From Chlorokybus atmophyticus (Eukaryota > Plantae > Mesostigma and Chlorokybus algae): a stretch of 64,000 bases of DNA. Both the position numbers and the translations under genes were made by a program. The stretch covers positions 373,757 through 437,756 of the forward strand of contig RHPI01003124.1 in the NCBI GenBank assembly GCA_009103225.1, written 5' to 3'. The notes under the pieces were generated by a model. It was not told the DNA's origin. It saw only the letters and a list, made by a program, of their open reading frames with translations, and did not search any database. The first letter of the stretch is position 1. The number at the start of each line of letters is the position of its first letter. Positions 49,651 through 60,827 of the stretch are shown here, in pieces.

Positions 49651-49919
49651 CACTGCATGCCCTCGGCAGGCGATATTCATGGGAGGAACATGCGCAAGCC
49701 TTCCAGGGTTTTGTTCATCGTTCTTCAAGATCTGGACGACTGTGCTCGGCGCTGCCGCAGGCGTACCGCTTTGCACAAAGTAGCAGCGGCCGCTGGTTGT
49801 GATGGCTGTCGCGGCTCCGGACCGGACTGGGCTCGGAGACAGCGGCTGCTATAAGGTACAACCAGTCTGCAGGTCCAGAAGGTATGCCTGATTTGCGTTG
49901 TTGCCGTTCCCACCATCTA
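49651..49919. repeat. 269-bp copy of 55714-55982 (Kelch-coding segment)
   Basis: No differences seen by eye. This copy abuts an N and is flanked by C/T low-complexity runs. Confidence 0.9.
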
Positions 49920-50864
49920 CCCTCCTCCTCCTCCTTTGCCTCGTCCTCCTCCTCCTCCTTCACCTCCACTTTCTCCTTCGCCGCCGCCTGTAACGGCCAC
50001 AACTAAGTGGAAAGTAATTGCTTCATCTCTCCTTGGGCGTAGGCGTATCGCGTTTCCCTTTTTGCTATGCCGATTACGCTCCGTGACTCGTCAATGCATT
50101 GTACTGACACGTAGCACACTCCAGTTCAAGTTCTCATGCTTAACGCTGGCCCCGCCGCCGCCGCCGCTGAGGACGCCGCCGGCGACAGAGTGCAGCTGTG
50201 CACTCGTGGCGAGGAGCATGAGAGAGTGTTTGAGGATTGGACGCTGCGTGCGGTGAGGTTGTCGCATTGGAGGCTTGGAGTGTCAAAGCTTGACTGGCTG
50301 AGTGACGGACTGGCAGATTGGCAGACCCTGCTGATTGGTGGGAAAGCCCAACGGGCTGAGGCAGCTGAGGTAACAACTGGTGCGTGGTTAATGTATCTGG
50401 TGTTTCATGCGTCGTGGATAGCGAAGTTCACAACCTTAACAACTTTTCGTTGGTGAGCTCACCCAGCATGGTGACATGCGTTCTGTTTGACAGTTGGTTG
50501 GTTAAGTGATTGCGAGAGGCGTGTGAAAGGTACAGCGCATCATGTTGCACGCGTATCACTAGCTCGTGTATTTGTTGAAGCAGTGACAACTGCATGACAG
50601 AATAAAATCAAACACACTCGCTGAAGGCTATGAGCAAAGAGCAGATCTAGCGTCTGTTGGAGGGATAGAATGGTTTAAGGGTTCACCGTTTCCAGTGCTG
50701 CTGTGTAATTCTGCGTTGCTTATTGTGTCGACAATACAGTGTTGCACATGTCTCAGAGCGTACAATCAGTGGTTTGTGCCTGCGTGCACAGCTTGGTGGT
50801 AAAAATATTGCTGATTGTTTGTTTGCTTTCTCTACATGACAGCGCTGCAGGTCAGCTATCAACA

Positions 50865-52857
50865 ATGACAAGTAGATACATGCCGCCGGCAATGCGCAGA
50901 GCTGCCATCAGCAATACATTATTTCAATGGGACGATGGCAGGACGCACCGAGCTGCAAACGAGCAGGATGAGAACGCCAACGACACAACACTCGTCGCCT
51001 CATCAGCTGAGTGTGTCATACAGGATATGCAACAACCGACAGCAACAGCTGCAGCTGCGGCTATGCTGCCTGCGCTGCCCGCAAGCATCATTCAGCAAAG
51101 CTCCAGCCAGCAAAGCACCCAATGGGCGCAGTTTCCACGCGTCGCAGCATTGCTTCAGCGTCTAAGTCGGGTACGTTGCGCTTGCACTTACATGTGATTT
51201 TGTACACGCTGGGATATGTGCAGGGTCCTTTCTATAGAATGTACACTGATGATTGTGTTGTGTGTGTGGCTCTGTTGGTTTGAATGTGACTACATAATGA
51301 TGCAGCTTGACATGAAGATGCACACTTGTGTGTTAGCGTGCAGAACTGAACCAGCAGCAAACAGATCACACAAGTACAGCATACACGTCATTTGTGGGTA
51401 TCAACATGTTGCTGATAGCCTGCTATGCCAGGATTCGAGGTTGAAGAACCACACGCCATTGGCGCTGCTCAACGAGTACGCTGCCAAGGAGCACATCGAG
51501 TTGTCTTACGACATAGCTGCAGACACCTCTTGCGGCTATCGTGTCACGTCCCGCATGAGGCTACCGCAAGCTCCTATGAAGGTTATTGAAGGCGTGGGCA
51601 GAGGGCGATCAAAGGCCGCAGCAAAGCAAGAATGCGCTGTATGTACACTCCAAACAGTGCTTGAAATACTACCCGATGGAGAGTTCCTCAAGTGGCATCT
51701 CAAGGACATACCAGACTTTGGTGTAGATGATGGTACGGTCAACAGCATGGACAATGTGCTGAGCGCTCTGCGCGAGAGCGCACAACAAGCGGATGAGCGC
51801 AATAGTCAAGAGCCTCCTTGGCATCAGAGCATACCCCTTCGTGACAGCGAAGCCGTCGATGCTGACCCAAAAACTTGGTCCGACTTCCCGTATGTGGCCG
51901 CGCTGATGCAAAGACTACAAGTGGTAAGTGGGATATTATCTGGTCATGTCTGGAATCCTTGTCAAAAACATACAGACATAAGACTATTAAGTACAGTGTG
52001 TTGTCACTGAGCTGTTTGCTGAGTCAGTATATTTGTTGTAGAACCCTCGGTTGAAGGACAAGACTCCATTGGCACTGCTACACGAGTACGTCGCCAAGAA
52101 CCACCAGGACGTGGATTACTCTACAGTGGACGACAGCGCCATTGGTCCTTACACGGTCACCGCCACGATCGGTTCTCATGGTGTCGCCACAATCGCTATC
52201 ACGGGCTCTGGCCGCGGCCGCAACAAAGTCAAGGCCAAGCAAGCTGCCGCGGCCGCCGCGCTCGAACAGCTCCTTCAGCGAGTGCCGTCCTCGGCAGAGG
52301 AGCTCTCCAAACCTTCATCAAGCAAGACGCAAAAGTTCCTCGATCGCATGGCCAATGCCCATACGGGTCTCGGGTTTGGGCGCGATGGAGCGTACAGAAG
52401 CCATCGCAGCGATCTAGCCAGCTGGCGAGGGCGTTCTCAATCCACACCTCAGTTTGTTTCTCCTCGCTTTGAGCCCAGATTCCTATACAAGGCGGATATT
52501 GATCGAGCGGGCACTGTGGCATCAAAGACACAGCAGGATTACAGCTGCACTTACAACCAGTACTATGCCACCGGCGCCGGTCTTGGCTTTAGTGATGCAG
52601 CCGCTGACACGTCATACCATCAACCCGCACAGCAACAGCAGCCCGCACAGCAGCAGTATTACTACAGCGATCCTGCCGCTGCTGCATACAGCCAGCAGTA
52701 TGCGACGGTAGCGCAGGACATGGCTGCGTGGCCGGCCCTCGGAAACACTCCACCTTCATATGCTGTAAGTGGGCAACATTACGCTACTGCGCCTGTGCAA
52801 GCTCAGCAGCAGCAGGCTTCCAGCTACCAGTACACCTATCAGTATCAGTACCAGTAG
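50865..52857 (+). CDS. Double-stranded RNA-binding protein with two dsRBDs and a Q/Y/A/S-rich C-terminal tail, ~537 aa
   Basis: Exons 50865-51170, 51432-51923, 52042-52857 splice in frame. dsRBDs TPLALLNEY..GVGRGRSKAAAKQECA and TPLALLHEY..GSGRGRNKVKAKQAAAAAAL. Confidence 0.85.
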
Positions 52858-54485
52858 TGCCTTTGCGATGACCCACCCATCTGGCGTCGTCCAGTCAGAC
52901 CTAGTCAATACTGGAGTTTGTGGCGGCTTTAACAGGTGCGTCTCCTCGCGTGTTTGCAATTGTTGTGGTGTCTCATGCGTCATGCGATTAGTTTTTTGCG
53001 GTAATGTTGCTGTGCTTGTCAAGGTCGAGTTCAAGAAGTGCGTATGCTCATGATAGTCCTTGCCAACTCGACTACCCAAGTCAGGCCAGGTGGGTGTTCA
53101 GCCGGTTCAGTGCCGATGCGGTCACCAAGCAACAAACAAAGACTCTCGACTTGCTTTTGGGTTAATTGGTTGGTGTCATGCATACTCTTTGAACCTCATG
53201 TCGCTGTATGATGGAGTAATGTGCGCATAACCCAACCATTGTATTTATTAACTACTAACTTGTGGCTATGTCAGGCAACCTGTGTGGAAGCGGGTGATTA
53301 TGGTTTGTCAATGCGCCTTGCAAACATCAAGTCTCTATGAAGGTTATACCGCTGCTCGTCTACTGACCTGCGTTGGTATCATCCGCGCAAGGGTGAATTG
53401 CTATGACAAGCAGGCACTGAACAGTCAAATGTTGCACTGTGCATTATGCTATTGTACACGGCAATGTAGCACACAAGTTGTGAGTGCACATATGGAGAAT
53501 CATGTGACTTACGCTAGTGGCAAAGCAACATGATGTGTAGTTCACATCATGCACGTGCATTGTGAGTGTGAGTGTGAGTGCACATGCTTATAAGTCAGTA
53601 TACATATGCACGCGTGAAGTGCAGCTGCATATGCATATTGATGTGATATGCATGTCACAGCATGTATGAGCAATGATGATACATGGCATGATGTCACATC
53701 ATGTCAGGTGATGTGTCATACATCAGTAGCACGGTGCTATGGCTGTTCAAGCACTGTACAATGCTAATCAATATGAACGGAAAGTGATGCGGCACATGGT
53801 CACGTCAAGGCATTGTGCAGTGCTGGGCGTCAAGGCTATTGTGAGCACACGTTCCCAAAGGCATGTGCCCCCTCAAGGATAACGTGTGGCCAAGTGGGAA
53901 GGCATTGGGAAGAGGATTGGACCGCTAGGTTAGCAAGACCGCTTGTGAGCGTGTTCAAGGAACGTTGACATGCTCAAGGAAGACACAACAGTTGTTGTGC
54001 ACATTGGGGATGATGGCGGCACTGTGGTGCACGCCTCGGCTGAGCTCCAATAAGGTCTTTCCACCTACTTAGTATGGGGTACTTGGTGTTCCTGTTGAAG
54101 GGGCCTTCCCCGGCTCTGTTGGGTGGGTACATGTGAGAGAGGTGCGGGAGCTAAGTGGGGGCTATCATGTCAGGAGGACACCGTAGTGGGGACTCTAAGC
54201 TGCACCATGAAGTGCTCACCGCTCCGGAGTGCAAGGGAGCATGTTTCTTGACCTCCCTCTGCCTGTGTCTGTCTCCCTCTCCACTAAGGGAGCAGTGTGC
54301 ATGCGTATGTGCATGAGTGCATAGCAGACATGTGTGTCTACCATGTGTGCGGACTTGTGCACATAGTTCATGTGTTGTGCACCTATGATTGGTTCATGTA
54401 CATATGTGCATGATGCATTAGCCATATGCTTATGCACGCACTGGATAGTCGATTGAACTGAGCCTTAGCAGGCACAGTCTTTCAA

Positions 54486-54523
54486 CAACGCTAATGGGCA
54501 ATTGCTATTGCCCATTAGCGTTG
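54486..54523. repeat. Perfect 17-bp inverted repeat with a 4-nt loop
   Basis: caacgctaatgggcaat / attgcccattagcgttg. Confidence 0.92.
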
Positions 54524-54953
54524 AATGTCCCGTAGCAACAGCATTACCGACCAGCGTGTATAGCATACACTACACGTTACACAGTTGGTTGTTATGACCT
54601 ACCACACAGTCGTGGCCATTTGCAGTGTATTTACTTCTCAAGGCCAGGCTTCGACAACCTACCAATGTGATCCTGCATGACGTGGTTGCAATAGTTATGA
54701 GCGGGAATCGCACATTTCAGCGCTATATCAACTTGTTAACCAAGCACACTCTTATTTACTTAATTTGGCTGCATACGTATTATCTATACTATACCAAGTC
54801 GTTGCTATTGACTAACAGCTGCTTGGCTCGGAGTACACCACTTCACCCAACTCTTGCAATGTTGCACATGAAAGCCTTGCTGCTGTTTAACACACTTAGC
54901 CTGTGCAACAGCTGACTGTCCACCTCAAGGCCGGATGCAGTTGTACAAACCCT

Positions 54954-57900
54954 TTATTTCTCAGGTATAACCTCAGAGTAGGAGCACTCAATGCCGACAT
55001 CACGCTCGCTCCCATGGGACTTGTCAGGAGGTGGTTTAACCGACCAGGAATGCCTCCTCATCGTCGGTGACATGCTTTTTTTCCGGTCAACCCGCGTAGA
55101 GCATATATGACGGACTGGTTGAGCACGCTCAGAGCGAAGCTGGACCGCGCGGTGTTGAGAGGCTTCTGGGTTGTCAAAAAGACAACAACCAAGCTGGGAG
55201 TCGCAGTACGGGTGGAACAACTCAACGACGTTGCTGATGGCCCCGGTAGAGGTGAGTGTTCCGCCAGCAACCCACACCTGAGGGCCAGCACGCGTAACCA
55301 CAGTGACCACCGCGGCTTTGCGCCTGGGGAACCGCATGCCGGTATATCTGTACTCCTTGGCTGGCGGCTGCTTGCTGCCCCTGGCCGGCATCGCATCCAT
55401 GGAGATGTCCCGGCTTGGTGCGGTCCGGTGGGAAGAATCACACGTCGTTGTTACCTATTTGGGCGTACATGCTGTCAAAGTTCACGATGACCGTGTCCGA
55501 CGTCCGCGGCAGAACCTGCCAGCCGGCCGCGCGGTTGTTGAAGTCCAAGCATTCCACCCTCCTGCTCAAGCGGTAGGGACCCAACGCGCAAATCCGCGAA
55601 CCCACTGTGTACGTGTAAGAAGTCGCAAGGTGACCATCGTTATATATCAACATGGTATGTATGTATGTGATATGATAGGTACACGAGTATGCTATGGTCA
55701 CTGGGGGCACTTACACTGCATGCCCTCGGCAGGCGATATTCATGGGAGGAACATGCGCAAGCCTTCCAGGGTTTTGTTCATCGTTCTTCAAGATCTGGAC
55801 GACTGTGCTCGGCGCTGCCGCAGGCGTACCGCTTTGCACAAAGTAGCAGCGGCCGCTGGTTGTGATGGCTGTCGCGGCTCCGGACCGGACTGGGCTCGGA
55901 GACAGCGGCTGCTATAAGGTACAACCAGTCTGCAGGTCCAGAAGGTATGCCTGATTTGCGTTGTTGCCGTTCCCACCATCTATCAGCAGGTTGGAGCCAC
56001 ACTGGGCGGCGCTGAACGCAACCGGTGCTACTGGCAGGGTGTTGAGTAGGGGTGACCATGTTGCCTATGGCAGAGAAGTGAAGTCAGAGTGTGTACACAG
56101 TCAAGGTTGTCAACTGTAAGACGACTTCCAAACAACCGCAAGTACGCAGCAGCACCATCCCAGTAGTTAGATCATGATGTGGGTTGCTTTGCTGTTTCTT
56201 ACCGGCGTGGTTGGCTGGGTGATGGCAGGGAATTGAGTGTTAGGGCTGAGAACGGGCAGTGTTGCCGTCACACCCACCACACTCAGGCCTGCCAGTGAAG
56301 TCAGCTGGCTGCATCAGTACCAGCTGGAAGGGCCACCCACCACAGCGAAGTGGAAATGCAAACAGCAAAGCACAGCGCTGCAGAATTTACATTGAACATA
56401 CAGTTGACCTGCGAGTTGTGCACAAAGGCCACTTTGATTTTGTCACCTGTAGCATTGATTGCTGTAGCGTGAGCTGGGAGGGCTGATCGTCAATGGTTGC
56501 ATTGGCCTCGATGATGATTTGCTGCACCACGGGGCCATCTGCAGCAACCACATCAAGTCAGTTTCGCAAAGGCACTCTGTGGCAAGTGGCAAAACTCCAG
56601 GCAATCAATGCCTGCAGGTTAGGCACGATGAAAATGTACTTCGCTATGAGTGGTGCAGCGGAGTATCGGACGGCATAGAGCACTGTTGCTCGACAGCTGT
56701 GAAGGACATGCTATCAGCACAGGAGTCAGAAACACTATGATGGTGCTGTTGACTCCTGTGCTGCAAAGGTGCTTGTGCACAGCAAGGAGGAAGGAATGAC
56801 CACATAAGGTGTTGCAGATACCGCATAGCAGTGCTTACATGGCATCAGCTACTCTAGGACTCCTCGGAGGATCAGGATGTTCAACGCTCTGGTCAGCTGC
56901 TCGTTCATAACTTGTGTGGGAGCAGATAGTGGTCCGTGAGAGTGATGTTGAGGTAACCATACAACGCCATGTAGCCATCATGTATCGGAGGACAGCTTGG
57001 CTTGGCGTTGCCACATGTCTGCACTTACAACAAACCTCGTTTAGCTGGTGACTGCAAATCTGCGCGTGCATGCATTGCCATTGCACGCTCAGTAGTGGCC
57101 CATCACCGTTTGCAAAAACTGGCGTGGCGTTGTGCTGTCCAAAAGCAGGCGTCTGCGCCCATTCCGGCATTGCAGCTCTTCTGCAAATGTTTTGCACTCC
57201 TTTGCATCTGATGCATCAAACACTCCGGCTACAACAAAGTCAACAATGGCGGACTTCACGCAGCATGTAAGCAACTGTGTTTGGCCAGGGGCTGGCGCTG
57301 CCCTTGGGGCCGAAGCATGGGCAGAGTTGAATCACAGAACAACCTGTAGAATCCACAGTCTGTGCACAGAGCGTGTGTGAGCGTCTCAACCAGCGCTTGT
57401 ATGCGCACAGTCATCAGGGGCAGATAGTACTACTGTACTATTGTAGTACACTTAATGCTTTCAGGCCATCCTCGTATACCGCATGGCTAGCACTGCTTAC
57501 ATCACATGCTACAGTACCTCATCTGCGGGCGTTTGCGGGCATTGGTCTTTGGGGTTGGGAATGCCATCAGAGTCGTTGTTATTGGCTGCACGTGTCATGT
57601 CATACGGATCAGCATGCAACATGGACAGAATGCGCATCCATATCCAGCTTCTTATGCAGTGGCTGTGCTGTTGCTGTGTTGCAGAAAGGTATTACCGCTA
57701 CGGAAAGCCTCAATCGAGTCAGTCAAACCATACCCGGTCTCGAAGTCGAGACCTGGAGGGCCCATATCGATGCCAGCGGTTCGCAGGGCTCCATACATAT
57801 CAGCAGCCTGCAGAGGCTCTGATGATGACATTGCAGCTGTGCATGTTATTTGCTGGAGATGACACGCACACACGTCTGCATGCAGGCGTTCCACCAACAT

Positions 57901-58310
57901 GCGCAGCAACGCACCGTCAGATTGGGCGACACCGACAACATCAAAGCTGCTGCTGCTCCCAAGTGCGGGGCAGCGGCACTTGTGCCAATAAAGCTGGGAA
58001 GAATGCATGGTTCCAGAATGTCAGCTGTCACGCCAATAGAAAAGAAGGATACGTCTGCACCGCTCGGCTACTAGTACTGCTCATTTGGCGTCTCATACCC
58101 TGTGTAACAAGGCTGTGCAGTAGATACATTGGCTTACCACTAGCAGGTACTTCATTCTCTTGGGCCGGATGGGCCGGATTCCCGTTGAGGACAATCTCCA
58201 AATACACCAAGCATGGCACCTCCTCATCAGGAGAGCAGGAGTTTGTAAGCACTTCGAAGGCATCTCCCGACTTGAGGTTGTCCTCCTCGCTGCCTGCAAG
58301 CGCAACCTGC
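54954..58310 (-). pseudogene. Subtilisin-like (S8) protease + TSP3-like Ca-binding/Cys domain + Kelch repeats; spliced but degenerate
   Basis: Exons 58024-57915 (FIGTSAAAPHLGAAAALMLSVSPNLT), 57807-57696 (AADMYGALRTAGIDMGPPGLDFETGYGL), 57585-57518 (NNDSDGIPNPKDQCPQTPADE) and 57359-57107 (TVDSTGCSVIQLCPCFGP..W..AY/CCVKSAIVDFVVAG, frameshifted). Kelch blades lie at 56060-54954, with a TAG in one. Upstream relics (SRAM/LVHVPG, ELTFRDTG) extend to ~59100. Confidence 0.75.
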
Positions 58311-59672
58311 GCAAAATGGTGTCAATACCGAGCACTAATGTTACTTCACAAGAACCGTCGCCGCTGTCCTCGTGGACATCCTTGTGGTTGTTCCCCTGCC
58401 TGCTCTACCGCGGACCGCCAGTAGAGCAGGCAGGAGCATGCGCACTGCATCATGTGCTAGTCTCGTCGCGCTAATGGACGAAACCAATGCATTTCCCGGC
58501 CGATGAGCGACTGCCTCAGCAGTATTACTTCAAGCTACCTACCGGTACTTGCCTAACAGCTGCTAGCAGCTGGGCGCGGCCAGGCAGCCGCTAAGTGCCA
58601 AACAGTTTGATAAGGCGGCCCGCAAACTGCCGAAAGAATGACCAGCTTCTCCCCTAGTAGCGACCTTATGCTAGCAGCGACCTTGTGTATTTAGCATTGG
58701 CATGCAGTAAAATTGTAACCAGTTGTGCATCCCGCGCTCTGCTGTGGGCGGCAAGCTACGCAATAAGGCGCCAGCGCGCTATATTTGGACATATGCACAT
58801 GGCTACCTTGCAGAACACCCTATGTTTACTAATGCTTGCTAATGGCGCCATCACGCACCTGAAGGGACGTATCCCGTATCCCGAAACGTCAACTCAACCG
58901 GTCGGCTTCTACCGCAACACGGCCATGACGAAGCATGAGAGGGTTGAGCTGCGCAGATTACGCAATTATCTAAGTACATAATAACAATCTGCCCTGTGCA
59001 TTCCCCCTGGCACATGAACAAGTCACCATCGCACGTGAAAACACGGAACATCTTGAGTTGAAGAAACTCCAGACCAGATGCTTGTCCCGTTTTTGATAAG
59101 GAAAGGCAAGACACAAGCACTCTGGCTCACTGGTGCCAAAGAGGTTTTTGCAACTTCAATACCACCTTCCAAGCAGCCGGCGGCCGCGGTGAGGGCGCGA
59201 ATAAGGTGGGCGGCATCAGGGGTGGGCGTGTTCGTGCGGGAGAGAGCCTAGTTAGGCTACTTAACGAAGATTTAAGGACAGTGTTGGTTGTTCTGGTGGG
59301 TGGGCGGTATGGTGGGTTGCAATTGGCTGGCATTGCTGGCATGATAGATGCAGCCGCTTGACTATCACATGTACAGGAAGCAGTGCGCATGGTGGCGGTG
59401 ACCGTGGCAGTAAGTGTTTTATTTGGCTGCGGCGGTGAGATTAGCTATGACGACGAGGACATGGATGCTGTGATGTGTCATGCGTGAAGGTGAGCTTTCG
59501 TCAACAGCACCCACTTGCTGTGACCGTACGGCCTGGTTCAAGCGCATGGTTGTGAGCACTGTTAGCATGCCCGCTTAGCAGATTTGGTACATCGAACTAT
59601 GATATGCGAGGGTTCTGGTCTGCTATCGTTGCGCTTGCAACTCAGTTGGCTGCGTTGTCGTGTCGCACTGTC

Positions 59673-60337
59673 TGTAACAGTCGAGGCCAAGTTTCATAGT
59701 TTTAGGACGTTTTTTGGCCCATTTATCGAGCACCACGTTTTCATGACTTGTGGCAGATTTTGGCGAGTTATGAGTCTGCCACGGATATCGACCGGGGCCC
59801 CATGACCAGTCCGGAAAGGTGCCAGAAAACGGAGGGCCAGTCGAGAAGGGCTCGACCAGATTTCTGGAAGGGCCTGGCGCCAAGTAGTATAACTTGACCA
59901 TATGAGCACCTCATCAGGAGATCTTTGGAGCCTAAGAAAGGTCTAGAAGTATACTACAAGGTTCTGCAAAACATCTTAGCATCTAATTTTGTGTAGCACA
60001 GGAATCGTCGTAGATAGTAGCATGTGCAAACTGGTAGGTATAAAAGCGACATTCTACAATGTGCAATACAACCTTTGGCTCCCCAATCTCTGGTGTGCAA
60101 GCTTGGTGGTGGTTAGCAGGGGTTGCTAGCGTGTGTCCACTGGTGTGTGCCTGCTTGTGTGACGATCCAAGACGCTACACAAGTCGGTGTGTAGCTTCGA
60201 GCGCGTGCGTACGCGAGTGGCGGGGCGCGCGTGTGTGCTTGGCAGAGGGGGCAAGGTTCCGGTGTGAATACCGTGTCTTGGTGAGAGGGTTGTTGATTGG
60301 ACCAACTCACAGGTGACAAGGCACGAGCACCGTCACA
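59673..60337 (+). mobile_element. Solo LTR (665 bp) of the same chromovirus family, diverged subfamily
   Basis: TGTAAC...GTCACA termini, clear homology to 7214-7880, flanks CTGTC and CTATC (TSD with one transition), and no PBS or PPT adjacent. Confidence 0.92.
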
Positions 60338-60827
60338 CTATCGTTCAAGCGGCTTGAACGAAAATCAGTCATGCATGACATGCATCTGGCTGTCAATAGC
60401 TTGGCACATGTGACTCTGCTGCTACCTTTGACTTTGCAGTGTTCCCGAGCTTTGTTAATGATGCTTGGCAACGCTTGACTGCAACATGGGTCAAAGTCGA
60501 GCAATTGCGTCTCAGCAGGGCTGGTTCCTGCTGCTCTGCACGCTTTTACTACAGCTAGTAGCTGCTTTCCACTCAGCAGCAGCACAAATGGGTAATGTAA
60601 ACTGTAACCAACCAACCAACCAACCAACCCTGGAGCCACAACTGGTATGACCTTCTGTGCAACTCTTCTTTGCCCCGTGTGCACAACCTCTGCAACACTT
60701 GCATACTAATGTTTGCTTGCAGTGAGGGCCTCTTCTAGCAGCCAATTGGCCACGGCTCTCGGTGATTGTTTGGTCCGGAGGGGAGGTTGTTGTCGTTGCG
60801 CATATTATTATAGCTTAGACATCGACA

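Noticed and set aside
53850-54250. Minus-strand GGKTLL suggestive of a helicase Walker A motif
   Set aside because: Isolated motif among stops; not supportable.
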